Assembly: GCF_963853765.1 (NCBI RefSeq)
Contig: NC_088858.1
Span: 25,854,001 to 25,918,000, forward strand
DNA from: Magallana gigas
Lineage: Eukaryota
Length of the DNA stretch: 64,000 bases
Direction: 5' to 3'
Part shown: piece after piece, positions 28,101-38,919 of the stretch
How the letters are laid out: each line of letters opens with the position of its first letter
Numbering within the stretch: the first letter of the stretch is position 1
Notes under the pieces: model-generated
The model's input: only the letters and a program-made list of their open reading frames with translations
Told to the model about the DNA's origin: nothing
Databases searched by the model: none
Translations under genes and position numbers: made by a program

Positions 28101-29136
28101 ATTCATAAAATTCACTGGTTAATACATGCATAAACTTTCTCTTTATTAAAATATGACATAAAATTTATCATTTACCGCAGATATTTTAATAAAATTATTT
28201 TTTTTTGTCATCAAGGGGAGATAACTCTTTAAAAAAATTAAGGTGCAAAATTACAGCTTCTTATATGTTGTCAGTCACGTGAATTTGGTTCATTTAACTT
28301 TCATTGTTATCTAGCAATACATATTTAACTAGTTTGAAATGATTCAAAATTGTTCAATATCCTTTCATTATGCTTTAAATACGGTAACCTTAAGATTGCG
28401 ACATTACAGAGAAAAATACATAACCCAGTTAGGAGGTTATGTATTTTTTTTATTTTTAATTTTTTTTGGTGCAATGATCGCTACCTTCATTACCAGCAAA
28501 GAAACTTTTATTATTCACATCTACATCTTTCTTTAAACAAATTAATGAATTGATCGTAAAGAGTAAAACTTTGTAAAATTGATTAAATTCTTCTTATGTA
28601 CATCAGTACGTTAGATAAAAGAAACAGCCAATTCGTCTTCTTTAGGAATTTGAGTCTGACATCATCATGATTATTTTGAGCAGTCCATGATTTTTTATAG
28701 GTTGATGAAGTTTTCGACCAATCGATATACGGGGCGAGTAGAACTCAGTCCTGTCAGTTTCTACAGAGCTAAGAATTTCGTTAGGCAAAATTTTATCGGT
28801 CGGGACTTTCTTCATCGCACTATCAAAAAAGAGTTCGAGTTAAGTAAAAACTGTCTAAGATATTGCGACATGTAGTTGCAAAACTTTAAGATTTGGTCAT
28901 GTCTATTTGCCCATTGTAATCAACTTTAAATTGAATATTTACCACAAAATGAATAATATTTATTAGGTATTCACACACGATGTAATCAAGGTAAAGATAC
29001 TTGATCTAGCTTTCTATTTATACGTGAAAAATATTGATACCAATAGACACATTTCTGTATTTTTACATGAATAATCAAAAAGTCCGTTGGAAAATCAAAC
29101 GATTGGGACTCTGCAATCTTCTGTCACCCTTATATT

Positions 29137-29198
<62 letters not shown>

Positions 29199-32100
29199 TT
29201 AGAAATTAAGGCAACGAAAACAAATATTTAAAAGTATTACTTGATTTTAAAATGTTCTTTTTATTTAAATAGCCAGAGTCATTCAGTTACCATTTGGATG
29301 AAGGCCAGACAATGTCGATACCATTTCAAGTTACCTACCCAGTTGGGTGCCTTTTTACTAAGTTAGAAAGCAATTGCATAACCGCAATATATATGCTGAC
29401 TCCTTATTATTACCAATCTTCAGCTGTTGACACCTGCCAGAATATTAAGTCAACCGAAGCTCTTCTCTTTAACAAAAACAAATGCGGCATCATAATCTCA
29501 AGTAATACATGGAATGAATCAAAAGTCCTTAATGTGACAGGAAATATTGATAACTTAATAAACGAGAGAGATAGAGAAATTTATATCAGACTCGGACATA
29601 ATGGCCAAGGCAACGATCCTTCCGGAGCATGGGATAATGTTACAATACCGGATATTAAGGTTGGCAACCAAAATATATCGAATACAGATAAAGAACAAAA
29701 TGTGATTTATTTTAGATGACATAGTTGAGTTCAACTTAACAGTTGCATTCTTTTTCGTTCATTTAAATACAGGTTTACATCTCCGACGTGGACAATACAA
29801 TATCAAACAGGATATGCATGCTCCGAACAGATCCACGATTTTGGACGTTTGATAATAGGTTTCACAATATATACACGGCAGGGGAGTTTGTTCTCTATCG
29901 CCACAAAAAGAGAAACGTAGAGGTGAGTTGATTTGTCGTGTCTCTGTTGTATTATCAAATGTATTTTAACATACTGAAAATTGCATTTCACCTGTAGGTA
30001 CATGCTTTATTCACAACATGCCCTCTTGGTGCAGCTTGTATTTGTGGAGTGGCAATCCGAGTGGAAGACTCCCTGTATGTGTACCGTACATGTGATGAAG
30101 TTTCGTACCAAACTGTTAGTCTCCTTGCTCATCATTCCACCATTTATGAAATATGTGATGACAAACACATGATAATAACAACCGAATACGATTACACTGT
30201 TGTAAGTTCTATTTCTATTGTGCCCATAGCCTGTAATCGGATTTTTTGTTGTTGATTAAACTTTGACAATTTCCATTTAACATAAAATGATCACGATGGT
30301 TAATCAATTATTGTTCTGTTTAATCGTTAGCCCCTTAAATTTTTCTCCGAAGTCAGAATGTTACTAAAGATGCAATGCAAAATGATAGGTTTTTTAGATA
30401 TCAAATTACATCACTAAAAAGACATGAAAGAGAAACTGAAAGAAATATCGCCCCCATAGTTTAAGATAAATGAAAAAATAAACAGATTTCAAAATGTCTA
30501 AATAACTATTCTTAAAAGTATACATCGGTAATTACTTAAAGTTGTTTAAAAGATTATGTTTGAAACAGTTTATTTTAAGTGGAAACCTAGTATGACTTTA
30601 TATTTCCCTGTCGCTTTGTGATGAATGTTATCACAAAAACAGTTTATATTTTCCTGTGGTATATTGTAAATCGATTACTGAGATATTAATATATTAAGTA
30701 AAAGAACTTGTTTTTCAATCGCTGTTAAAAAAAAGAACGCTCATTTTAGCTTCGGAATACTTTGTATTTGATTTGTTTTTAAATTCATTTATTGTAGATT
30801 ACCCTCCCTTCGGGTACCACCGTAAAGTACAATGTATCTGGCGACTGGATTCAACATCTCCATATTATACCCTCTGTTTTTGATATTGGCAATATGGAAG
30901 GAATTTGTGGTAATGCAAATGGGGATGACTCTGATGATTTTGTAGCTCCTGATGGCAGAACACCTGCAAGTGATGGATGGAAAGACATTGAGAGCATTAT
31001 CAACACATGGAAGTAAGATCTTTTAGTAGAGCGTATCACAAATTCTTTTGAAATAGCTTTATTTTTTTTAAACAATTTTTTTCAATATTATTATTAAAAA
31101 GCATTAGGCAGCAGGCACAGGCTATATAACCTTATTCCATACTTTCTCTGAATAAAACCTAGCTGGATAGAATCAAGCGTTTTTGTATGATCTAGCAATT
31201 TTTTTTCAATGAGGCATATTAAGTTACAAGTATACCTAATTTGAAGCTTACACATTATCGTTATGTACATGTATATGAATATTTTCATATGTTTTATAAG
31301 TAAGTCAAACCTTGGATATTCATAAATCTTTTCTAGGATTGACCCTGTCTCGCCAAATAGTCTGTTTGGTGCCAATCCATTTTTTGAAAATACAGGTCAT
31401 GACGTGCAAAAATATTGTTCCTGCGCAACAGAATCGCCTTCCAGTAGTTTTCTTGAAGATTTACCAGACCACCATGCTGCAGTTTGCAATATCACTACAA
31501 GTCTAGTCGACTGTTCCCAACAGCAGACGACAGCGTCATTCTTAACTACATGTAATAGGTTCGCTAATAATGGACGAAAAAGGCGAGCTTTGTCTGAGAA
31601 TGGTTTTAGTGAAAGAAGCAAACGTGTCCGAAGAAGCGCATACGACTCTGATGACGTCATCGATTTCGAACCACTGAAATATGATCCGTCGTACAGCTTT
31701 AGTTATATCCCACAAGTAATTTTTACATTTGACTTATGTTAATATATTGTAAAATCTGGGCTGTTCAAAAACATTTGTTAAAGAAGATGGGTGGATAAGG
31801 CGTGTAAAATGCCCATACGCGGTCGGACAGGCTACTGAAAAATTAAAGTATCAATAAATCTGATGGGTTTTTTTAAAAATCATTTAAAACAATATATATT
31901 TAACGAATCATTGATTTTTAACCCATAGGTATGTTCAATACTTGGAATATGTTGCCTCAAACGGGCGTATACGTATCAAAACCTGCAAATACTGTCATTT
32001 TTTAGAACTTCAAGGCATTTTCTTTTATAGAGTGGGTCTGTGCTCCATATTTTTCTTATAATCTATTTAAGGTCTATTGGAAAACAAACTGATTTCAATC

Positions 32101-34079
32101 CACAAAACCGTGGAGAGATGACCCACTATACATTAAAAATATCATTTTGTATCCCAACAATTGAACGTTTTGAAAAAATAATACAAGTCCGGTAGTTCGT
32201 GGCCTTAGTCACACATAATATTTAAATAGCCCACTTTGTCGTGTCTGAAATTGCTCAGTGGTTATAAGTACCTGGCATAAGCTAACCTTATATGTCTAGG
32301 GTTTTTATGTTACGTGTTCAATGCCACCAAAATTTCCGACAATATTTTTTTTTCTTATTTTTTGTTAAATATAATAAAAACTGACTGTAATTAGAAATTT
32401 TGCTTTTGCAAAGTTGTATTATAATATATTTGAATAGATTTAATTGGGAAAAAATAAATTCAAAATTGTATTTCACTACTTAACCGAATGGGCATTTGCG
32501 CCATCTTATTCCCCCATCTTCTTTATTTAGAACATAAAACTATAAATAAAAAAATTGGATTTGCATTGTAATATTTAGTTGATATATTTTTTTAAAAAAG
32601 GTCTTCGGGAAAATGAATCATAAATTGAAAATGTTTAATATATATGATCATCTCGCAGATTCCTACGTGGATAAACGGTTGGAATGAATCCCATGCTATA
32701 AAAGTTTGCGAAGACAGTATAAACAACGACCCTGTAAAACTGGAGTGTGAAAAGCATATAGATATCCGACAGATGGTCAACTATTCTATTTCTTCCTGCA
32801 TATTAGATATTAGGGTAATCAATGATAAAAACGATCAATATCTTAAGTAATCGTAAAGTTTCAGTTTAAATCAACAGCATCAATCATATTAGTAACCATT
32901 ATAGTAATAAAAGTCAAATTATATAGTAAGATGAACGAACGGTGTGTCGAAATAGAAGTAGACATTTGGTAATTTTCAAGCAAAACTGATAATAAGAGTA
33001 ATATTATATTTTTAAGGACTCTGCATCTACCGAATGGGTTGCTGGAACGATTGACGCCATCAAAAGTTACTGTCTAACACGTATTTCTAAATATGAAAAG
33101 TTTTACGTGTCCAACTCCAGTGAAGAAAAGTCTGTCGTTGAGATCTTTAACGCAGTGATTTGCATCAACAGCTGCAGCAAACATGGACATTGCACAGATA
33201 AAGGTCACTAGTTTCTCTTTATTTCAATAAGACAATTATTTTCCTGATACTCCAACTGTTATTTAAAACTGTTGTGAGTAGGCCTATTTCATAAATACTA
33301 TTATCTCTAGATGATATATAAACTATATTGAACTTTAACGTACATTATAAAAAAAAATAATTATTAATTGTACAATATTTCGGGTTTTGATTTGAACTTA
33401 ACACAATTTCGTGTGATTTTCTGGTTACATGTACATGTAACTTGTGTGTATTTTCAGGAAAGTGTGTGTGTGATACTGGGTTTATCGGTGCTGACTGTTC
33501 TCACCCCATCAACAAACCCCCAGAAAACATCGCCCTTCCTGAAGAAGGATTATGTCGTCAATCAATTCGACCGTGCAGAAAGACAAATATTGTTGGAAAC
33601 TTTCTCTCAGAAACTACTATCTATGTTAAACTTCAGCAATACAAGGTATTTATAGAACTCACTTAACATTTAATACAGAAACATTTGTAATTACTGGTTT
33701 GCATTTAGAAAATGAGTTTCTCACTATCAAAATTGAACTTAATTGTTTCATTGGCAATCGTAATTTGTAGATTCTTGTGTACATGTAGATATCGATCCAT
33801 GGTAAGGGTGCAGTAATAAACACAGAGAAGACAACGGCACAATACAGGGCACCTAATCTAATATCTGTTGTCCTCCCCTCCTGTGCTAGAAGAAGGATGC
33901 GGGCCGTATCGACAGATCTAGAGTATGCCATTGGACTGGGATTTGACATCAGTCTGTCTTATGACAACACTACCTTTGGGGAGGATTTAAAGTTAATCGT
34001 TTATGATGACTCTTACTACGATTGCAATTCAACAACAACCACATGTACAATGCTACTACCACATGTACAATGCTGGTAA
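19292..34079 (+). CDS. VWDE-like protein copy A (signal peptide-D8C-Ig-like-VWD-C8-like-EGF), secreted form, 14 exons, 999 aa
   Basis: Exons 19292-19355, 19551-19751, 19953-20117, 26507-26832, 27400-27486, 29273-29659, 29773-29922, 29998-30201, 30798-31012, 31337-31715, 32659-32814, 33017-33203, 33458-33645, 33789-34079 sum to 3000 nt in frame, all GT-AG. Motifs: D8C (EGWYRF...CGT.YPVWL...CGTYNVYYL), VWD (DPRFWTFD...GEFVLY...EGICGNANG), EGF (CINSCSKHGHC...CVCDTGFIGADC). Confidence 0.88.
20598..20675. repeat. (GA)n microsatellite
   Basis: Perfect dinucleotide run. Confidence 0.97.
21859..25177 (+). mobile_element. Helentron-associated non-autonomous element (HINE/pearl-like) with nested insertions and satellite-like tandem repeats
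   Basis: 5' TTTTTAGCTCACCTGAGC with its inverted copy GCTCAGGTGAGC at 25141; 3' palindrome GGCCCATTGGGCC then TCTTGTT; (GTCC/GTCT)n microsatellite at ~21915-21960; about four 160-170 bp units at ~23170-23790. It is not certain that the two ends belong to one insertion. Confidence 0.75.
22301..22623. mobile_element. MITE with 9-10 bp TSD (Mutator-like) nested in the HINE
   Basis: About 60-bp TIRs (CAATCGCATCTTCTCGGGCCTTTCCGGC.../...GCCGGAAAGGCCCGAGAAATTGCGATAG). TGAAACAAAG is repeated at 22291-22300 and 22624-22633. Confidence 0.8.
25794..26378. mobile_element. MITE with ~35-bp TIRs (Kolobok-like)
   Basis: TAAAGAACTATATATGATAAGAGTTAAATTTGGCCCCCT vs AGGGGGCCATTTTAGGCCCTTATCATATATAGTCCTTTA. 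Confidence 0.8.
26855..27180 (+). repeat. Repeat family X copy 2, starting with a ~120-bp foldback
   Basis: Arms 26864-26910 and ~26939-26985 are reverse complementary; the downstream block matches 28415-28775 and 7925-8230. Confidence 0.75.
28415..28775 (+). repeat. Repeat family X copy 3
   Basis: TACATCAGTACGTTAGATAAAAGAAACAG...GAGTCTGACATCATCATGAT shared with copy 2. Confidence 0.75.
29138..29197. repeat. (GATA)n microsatellite
   Basis: Perfect tetranucleotide run. Confidence 0.97.
31782..32522. mobile_element. Kolobok-like MITE in intron 10 of copy A
   Basis: TTAA|AGAAGATGGGTGGATAAG...CTTATTCCCCCATCTTCT|TTAT; homologous over its length to 47964-48678. Confidence 0.8.
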
Positions 34080-34377
34080 TGTCACATTTTAGATCAGATG
34101 TTAGAGTTTAGAGCAAAAAAAAGAGATTCATAACATTGCAAATGCTTCAACAACAATAGCATGAAATCTTATTTTTTTGAAAATATCTCTAAAAACTTAA
34201 TATGTCCCAATTGTTTTGAAGTTAGTTATAATTTACTTTGTTTCTTTGCCGATTTATTTGGGGGGAGGATGAGGTTTTTTTAATTATTGTTTTTTATGTT
34301 GAATTTAAAATTTTTATACCAGTGCAGTGAGTTTTCAATGAAATAAAGTAAATCACGTGATATCATTATTCTTTCAG

Positions 34378-34626
34378 AAGTAATCCATTATGCTACAAAA
34401 CCGAACCTGTTATAAACGGATGTCCGCCAATTGATACGTACGAAGATATATACAGACCTTTCTCACCTCCTCCTTCCTATACCAAGACCCCCGTACATAT
34501 TATGAAAAACTGGTCGTCCCAGCAGTTCATCTACATTGTAACATCGGGGCCACATTAGATCACACATTCCAATCGCTGCTTTAATTTTGACATTTTTAGT
34601 GTTGACTCGCAAAGAAAAAATCTTAA
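34378..34626 (+). pseudogene. Decayed cytoplasmic-tail exon of copy A
   Basis: Homologous to the copy B last exon (53275-53509) with the acceptor TTTCAG kept, but with indels and downstream of the copy A stop. Confidence 0.85.
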
Positions 34627-35848
34627 ATGGCAACATTTTTATAGTTTTTCCCACAAAATTTATTTGAAAGTTTTTTAGTTTATTAAACTTTATCTGGACC
34701 TTTAATTTCCTTTCAATAAATGTGACATGTTTCCTCTTTCGTTTTTTTTTGTAAAGTGTTGTAACTTAATGAAACAATAGAGTTCATGTCGTCAGGTATC
34801 AAAAATATTTGTGTTCATTTGCTCATTTTTTGTTAAAAATATTTTTGAAAATGATTCGTTTTGTTCAGTTTTTTTGCTTGTGTGATTTATATTTATTATA
34901 TCTCCTTTTTTGAACATTTCTATTACTCTATATATTATTTTTGAACTGATAAAAAGTCTCTTACATTACATATTTATTCTTACATAATTATTTCCTACAT
35001 GTTTATTTATTATATATATATTTGCTTTTTTCAACAATAAACTTTTGCATAAAAACCAACAATTTGTCATTGAATGACAAAATACCCTTCAAAGCAGCCA
35101 AAATACTGCTCAGCGGTAACAAGAATCAACGTTTATATTATATTATGTGTTAGTTCATTTGTATTTATCAAAGACGAAATACAGAAAACAAAACAAGTTT
35201 GGGGAATCGCCCAATGAAAAACAACTACACAGTATTTTATTTTAAGTTTTATTTGGCGATGATTGGCCATGGCTGCTTAAAAATGTGGGAGCCAGGCATC
35301 AATTCTTGCCTTATAGGGCATCCCTAACAAACAAGCAAAGCAAAAGCTTGAGCCCTGGGAACAGATGCTCAACTGCTTGCTCACCTAGTCCATAATATAT
35401 ATACAAATGCAAATAACTGTCAATTAATATTGTTGACATAAGCACTACTGGTAAGCCAGAATGCCGCCATGAGACTATGCACAGCATAGTCTACGCCACC
35501 AGTAGAGCTACACCCATGAACGAGGGCTATAGGTTGAGATTAATCATTATATACCATTAAGCTATTACAAATTAAAAAGCGAGATCAAAGCACGAGGGCA
35601 GGGAATATTAATGCCCAAAGGCATAAAAGTATAAGACAACTACTTGTTATAGGAGTGAAAAAGTGCCCTTGATTGAAATGATAAAGTAACAACAATGCTG
35701 TTCATTAATAGTTATATGGCCTGCAAATTGACCAAGTAAGAAAAAACACACACAAATATTAATTTCTCAAGTCAACATGACTGAGACCCAGTGGACTAGG
35801 TGAAATACCAACAACATAAAGTCACTGTCAAGTGTGACTATGACCCAA

Positions 35849-36486
35849 TTAGTCATAGCGCAGCCATGGCCCCTCTTCCCCTACTCTAGGCGACGCAAAC
35901 ACAGTGGGGTCGGACAAGAATGTTTGTAGTGCTTGTTGCAAGCGGTACAGAAATAAATCATTGCCAAGGCCAGAAAGAGGTACCTTGTCTGTGGAAAACA
36001 AACCAGGGCTATCAATGCGCAGCTCTGGATATCTTATATATTTTCCACCCAACCTTTTAAGTGCAGATGCAACAGCCCTATTTGTTCGCTTCCTAACCTC
36101 TTCTAAAGCTACTGGGTTCCTCCCACCCCTCCATACACCCCTGGGCAGAATCTGGGACCAAACTAAAGTGGTGGATGGCATCAGTCTAGAAAGTTTTTCC
36201 AAGGTTTTGATAATACTAAATCGCAGTTCAATTGATTTAGCCCCGTTTTGCATAGGGATATTATTGCCTCCGCAATGTATGACAAAAATATGAGGTGGAT
36301 CTTCTACCTTAAGCAATGTCTTAATCTTAGAGTAAAGTTGACCCCACCTCATGCCCCCTTTGCCCTGCCAGAAAATGGATGCCTTGTGTCTATCTAGCTG
36401 TAAATCAGTGCCCCGGCAAGACTTTCTTGCATGACAAAACGCATGTTTAATGATGGATGACCCAACAATCCAGATTCTTGTATGAT
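35849..36486 (-). CDS. SGNH/GDSL-type hydrolase ORF of the Ngaro element (catalytic His appears replaced)
   Basis: IWIVGSS (block I), WQGKGGM (II), IHCGGNN (III), DKVPLSGLG (V; canonical D-x-x-H has P, codon CCT). Open from ~36486 to the stop at 35849. Confidence 0.75.
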
Positions 36487-36566
36487 CTAAAAAAAATTTA
36501 CATACATGTAAATAAAAACATGAGAGAAGGTTGTAACCTTCAATACCTTAACATTTTTGAGAGGAG

Positions 36567-37470
36567 CTACTGTCTTATATAATTAAGCAAGCAAGCAGAT
36601 TTCCATCTACCCTCAATTGCAATAGACTGCTGACTTGCTCCTGACGCCCAAGCATTATACTCTGCACCAATACGGAATAAATGTGTCTTGTACAACTTAG
36701 TGTCTAAACCTAATTTCTCTAGTAACATGTTGAAAACTGATACTACCTGGTATCTAGTCACCGGACTTCCTGAAATATGACAAAACAATGACCCCCTACA
36801 CTTCGGCCTCAACTGTAAATATAACCTAATACAGGACACAGGACACACAATCTTATGTGTAGACTTAAGTTGAATGGCAGCCCCCCTACCCGCCTGATCA
36901 GTCTTTTAGTGATGAAGTACAATTTTAATTGTGTTGTCCAGTGGTGAATATGACACATTTTGCACTTGGATAGCATGCCCCACATCCTGCTTTGTGTTTT
37001 GTACTAACTCGCCCATTCTGAAAAACCCAAAGAATGCTGTAACAAATATAGTTGTAAAAAGTGTGGATTCATAATATGAATGGCAGATGCTTGGGAGGGT
37101 CTGGACCATGGTGGTTAAAATCTGCAAGGTAATTGGTTTTCTAGTGTCATGGTGGGGATTGCTGCGGCTCAGGCCCAGCAAAACCTTTTTAAGTAAAAAA
37201 TCTTGGGTCCTGTCTGGGAAGCCATGTAATTTACAGTGGTAAGAAATACCTGCAACATATGTTTTAATTGTGTTGGCTGAAAATTTCTGCAGTGATAGAT
37301 ATGACACAAAATTGACTAAATCTGACTGAGATGGGGGCCAAACTGGCCGACTTTGATAGACTCGACAAAACAAATGGAATGCATTTACTGCAGTATCATA
37401 TAGTTTGCGGGTATTGTTTGACAAAGCATAACTCAGAAGCTCCAGGGATCTAAGCTGTAAATCATGTGCA
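36567..37470 (-). pseudogene. Tyrosine recombinase (frameshifted near 36900)
   Basis: SAM-like N-terminus, RKPIT, FFGFFRMGEL (R), KTDQAG region (K), HLFRIGA (HxxR), GRW and NYIR (Y). Confidence 0.88.
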
Positions 37471-37717
37471 GAAATGATGCAGGAATTGCTGATGGCTGGC
37501 TGTTTGCTCCTGGAAAACTGGCCTTGAATCTGCTTTAACATTGTATATCCCTGCTATATGCTTAGCTTTGAACTGAATATTAAGCATCAGACCTTGCAAG
37601 ACTAATTGCCTAAGCAAATACATGACTCTTTTGGACTTTGAGGTATTACAATTGAGAATTGAAACTAAGGCTTCATTATCAGTATGGATTATTAGCCGTT
37701 TACCAGACAGATTGCTG

Positions 37718-38919
37718 CTAAGGTCTAAATTGGTGGGTTGCTTGGGGGGCTCTGGGACGCTGAGGTAGGGCAGGTCTAGCATAGGTGGACGTGGTTGACT
37801 GCATTCTAGGTAACTGAGGGCGCCAGGATGTTGAAACGCTGTTTGGCCTGTAAGTTGAATCAGAACCTGAACCGCGTCTGCATTTGATATAGGGGTGATT
37901 TAAAGAACACAAAATGCACTCATGCTTGTATTGACATATCTACCTTAATCAATACGCCTTATCTTCTCCAGGTCTTTGGACCACTGGCTGCACACTTGCC
38001 TGGTTGCTGCTTCACTTTTGTTGCATTGACCTTTATAATTGAATTCATAACATCTAAGGGGGATGTTTTGTGTCACAGACCCTTGAACAGCCAGAGGGCT
38101 GTACATATATAAAAGCCACAATTCTTGGTCAACAACAGCAAATGACATATTTGGATTACATTCTTTTTTCAAACGGAATTGGATGTCATAATCTCTCCAG
38201 CTGAGATCTTTTGCACGACTAGCAGCTAGCCTGATAGTATGCATATATTTGAATAAAGCTGTACTGCACTCAGGGTGTGCTAGGACATATATAGAGGCAT
38301 AGACCAGAAATGCATCAGTCCATACCTGAATATCTGTAATAACCTTGGGTTTGTATTTGGATGACAAGGTAATGTTGCCACCTTGCATAGAGAAGTATTT
38401 TGTATCGTCATTAGGATCAGATTCATTAGTGCGATCGACTAAAAGGCCCAAGTTAACATACTCGCCGTTAGCTATTTTTAGCTTAAGGTTATTGGAAACA
38501 TTGTGCCCAAGGTCATTATGGTAACTTTGCACATGAGACTTTTGATTGTTACTTATGGCTAGTGTAGGTAGAATGTCAGTACCTGGATACTCTGCGGATG
38601 CATCCTGCGTCATCTCACTCTGGGGATGAGAGGTCTCTGCTCTACAAGACATGGCGGCAATGACTGCCCGTGTCACCTCGTCCAACTGCTCCCTGTTCAG
38701 CGCTGGTGGTTGCCTTTGGGTCGACATGGTTTCCCTATTTAGGTTAGGTGAGGTGGGGAAATCAACCAGATTCGCACTATGCTGGGGACCAGATAGATCG
38801 ACCAGATTTACACAATGCTGTGGACCATCCGAGCCAGCGCTGTCTGTTGCGACCCGCTTCCGGTCGCGCGGCTTTGCACGTGGTGCAGGCGGGGCCTCTC
38901 GAACCTTCCTCTTTGGCAT
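37718..38919 (-). pseudogene. DIRS/Ngaro gag, interrupted by a 74-bp insertion (37940-38013)
   Basis: WTDAFLVYASIY...LFKYMHTIR...WRDYDIQFR core. Removing the insertion restores CYEFNYKGQCNKSICQYKHECILCSLNHPYIKC and runs to a TAG at 37718-37720. Confidence 0.8.

Noticed and set aside
36487-36546. A 60-nt intron supplying an ATG (ATG TTA AG) to the SGNH ORF
   Set aside because: The donor is phase 2 while the strong acceptor needs phase 1; it works only with a weak AAG acceptor 10 nt further on.
37940-38015. The gag insert as a GT-AG intron
   Set aside because: Using the flanking GT and terminal AG removes 76 nt and shifts the frame.
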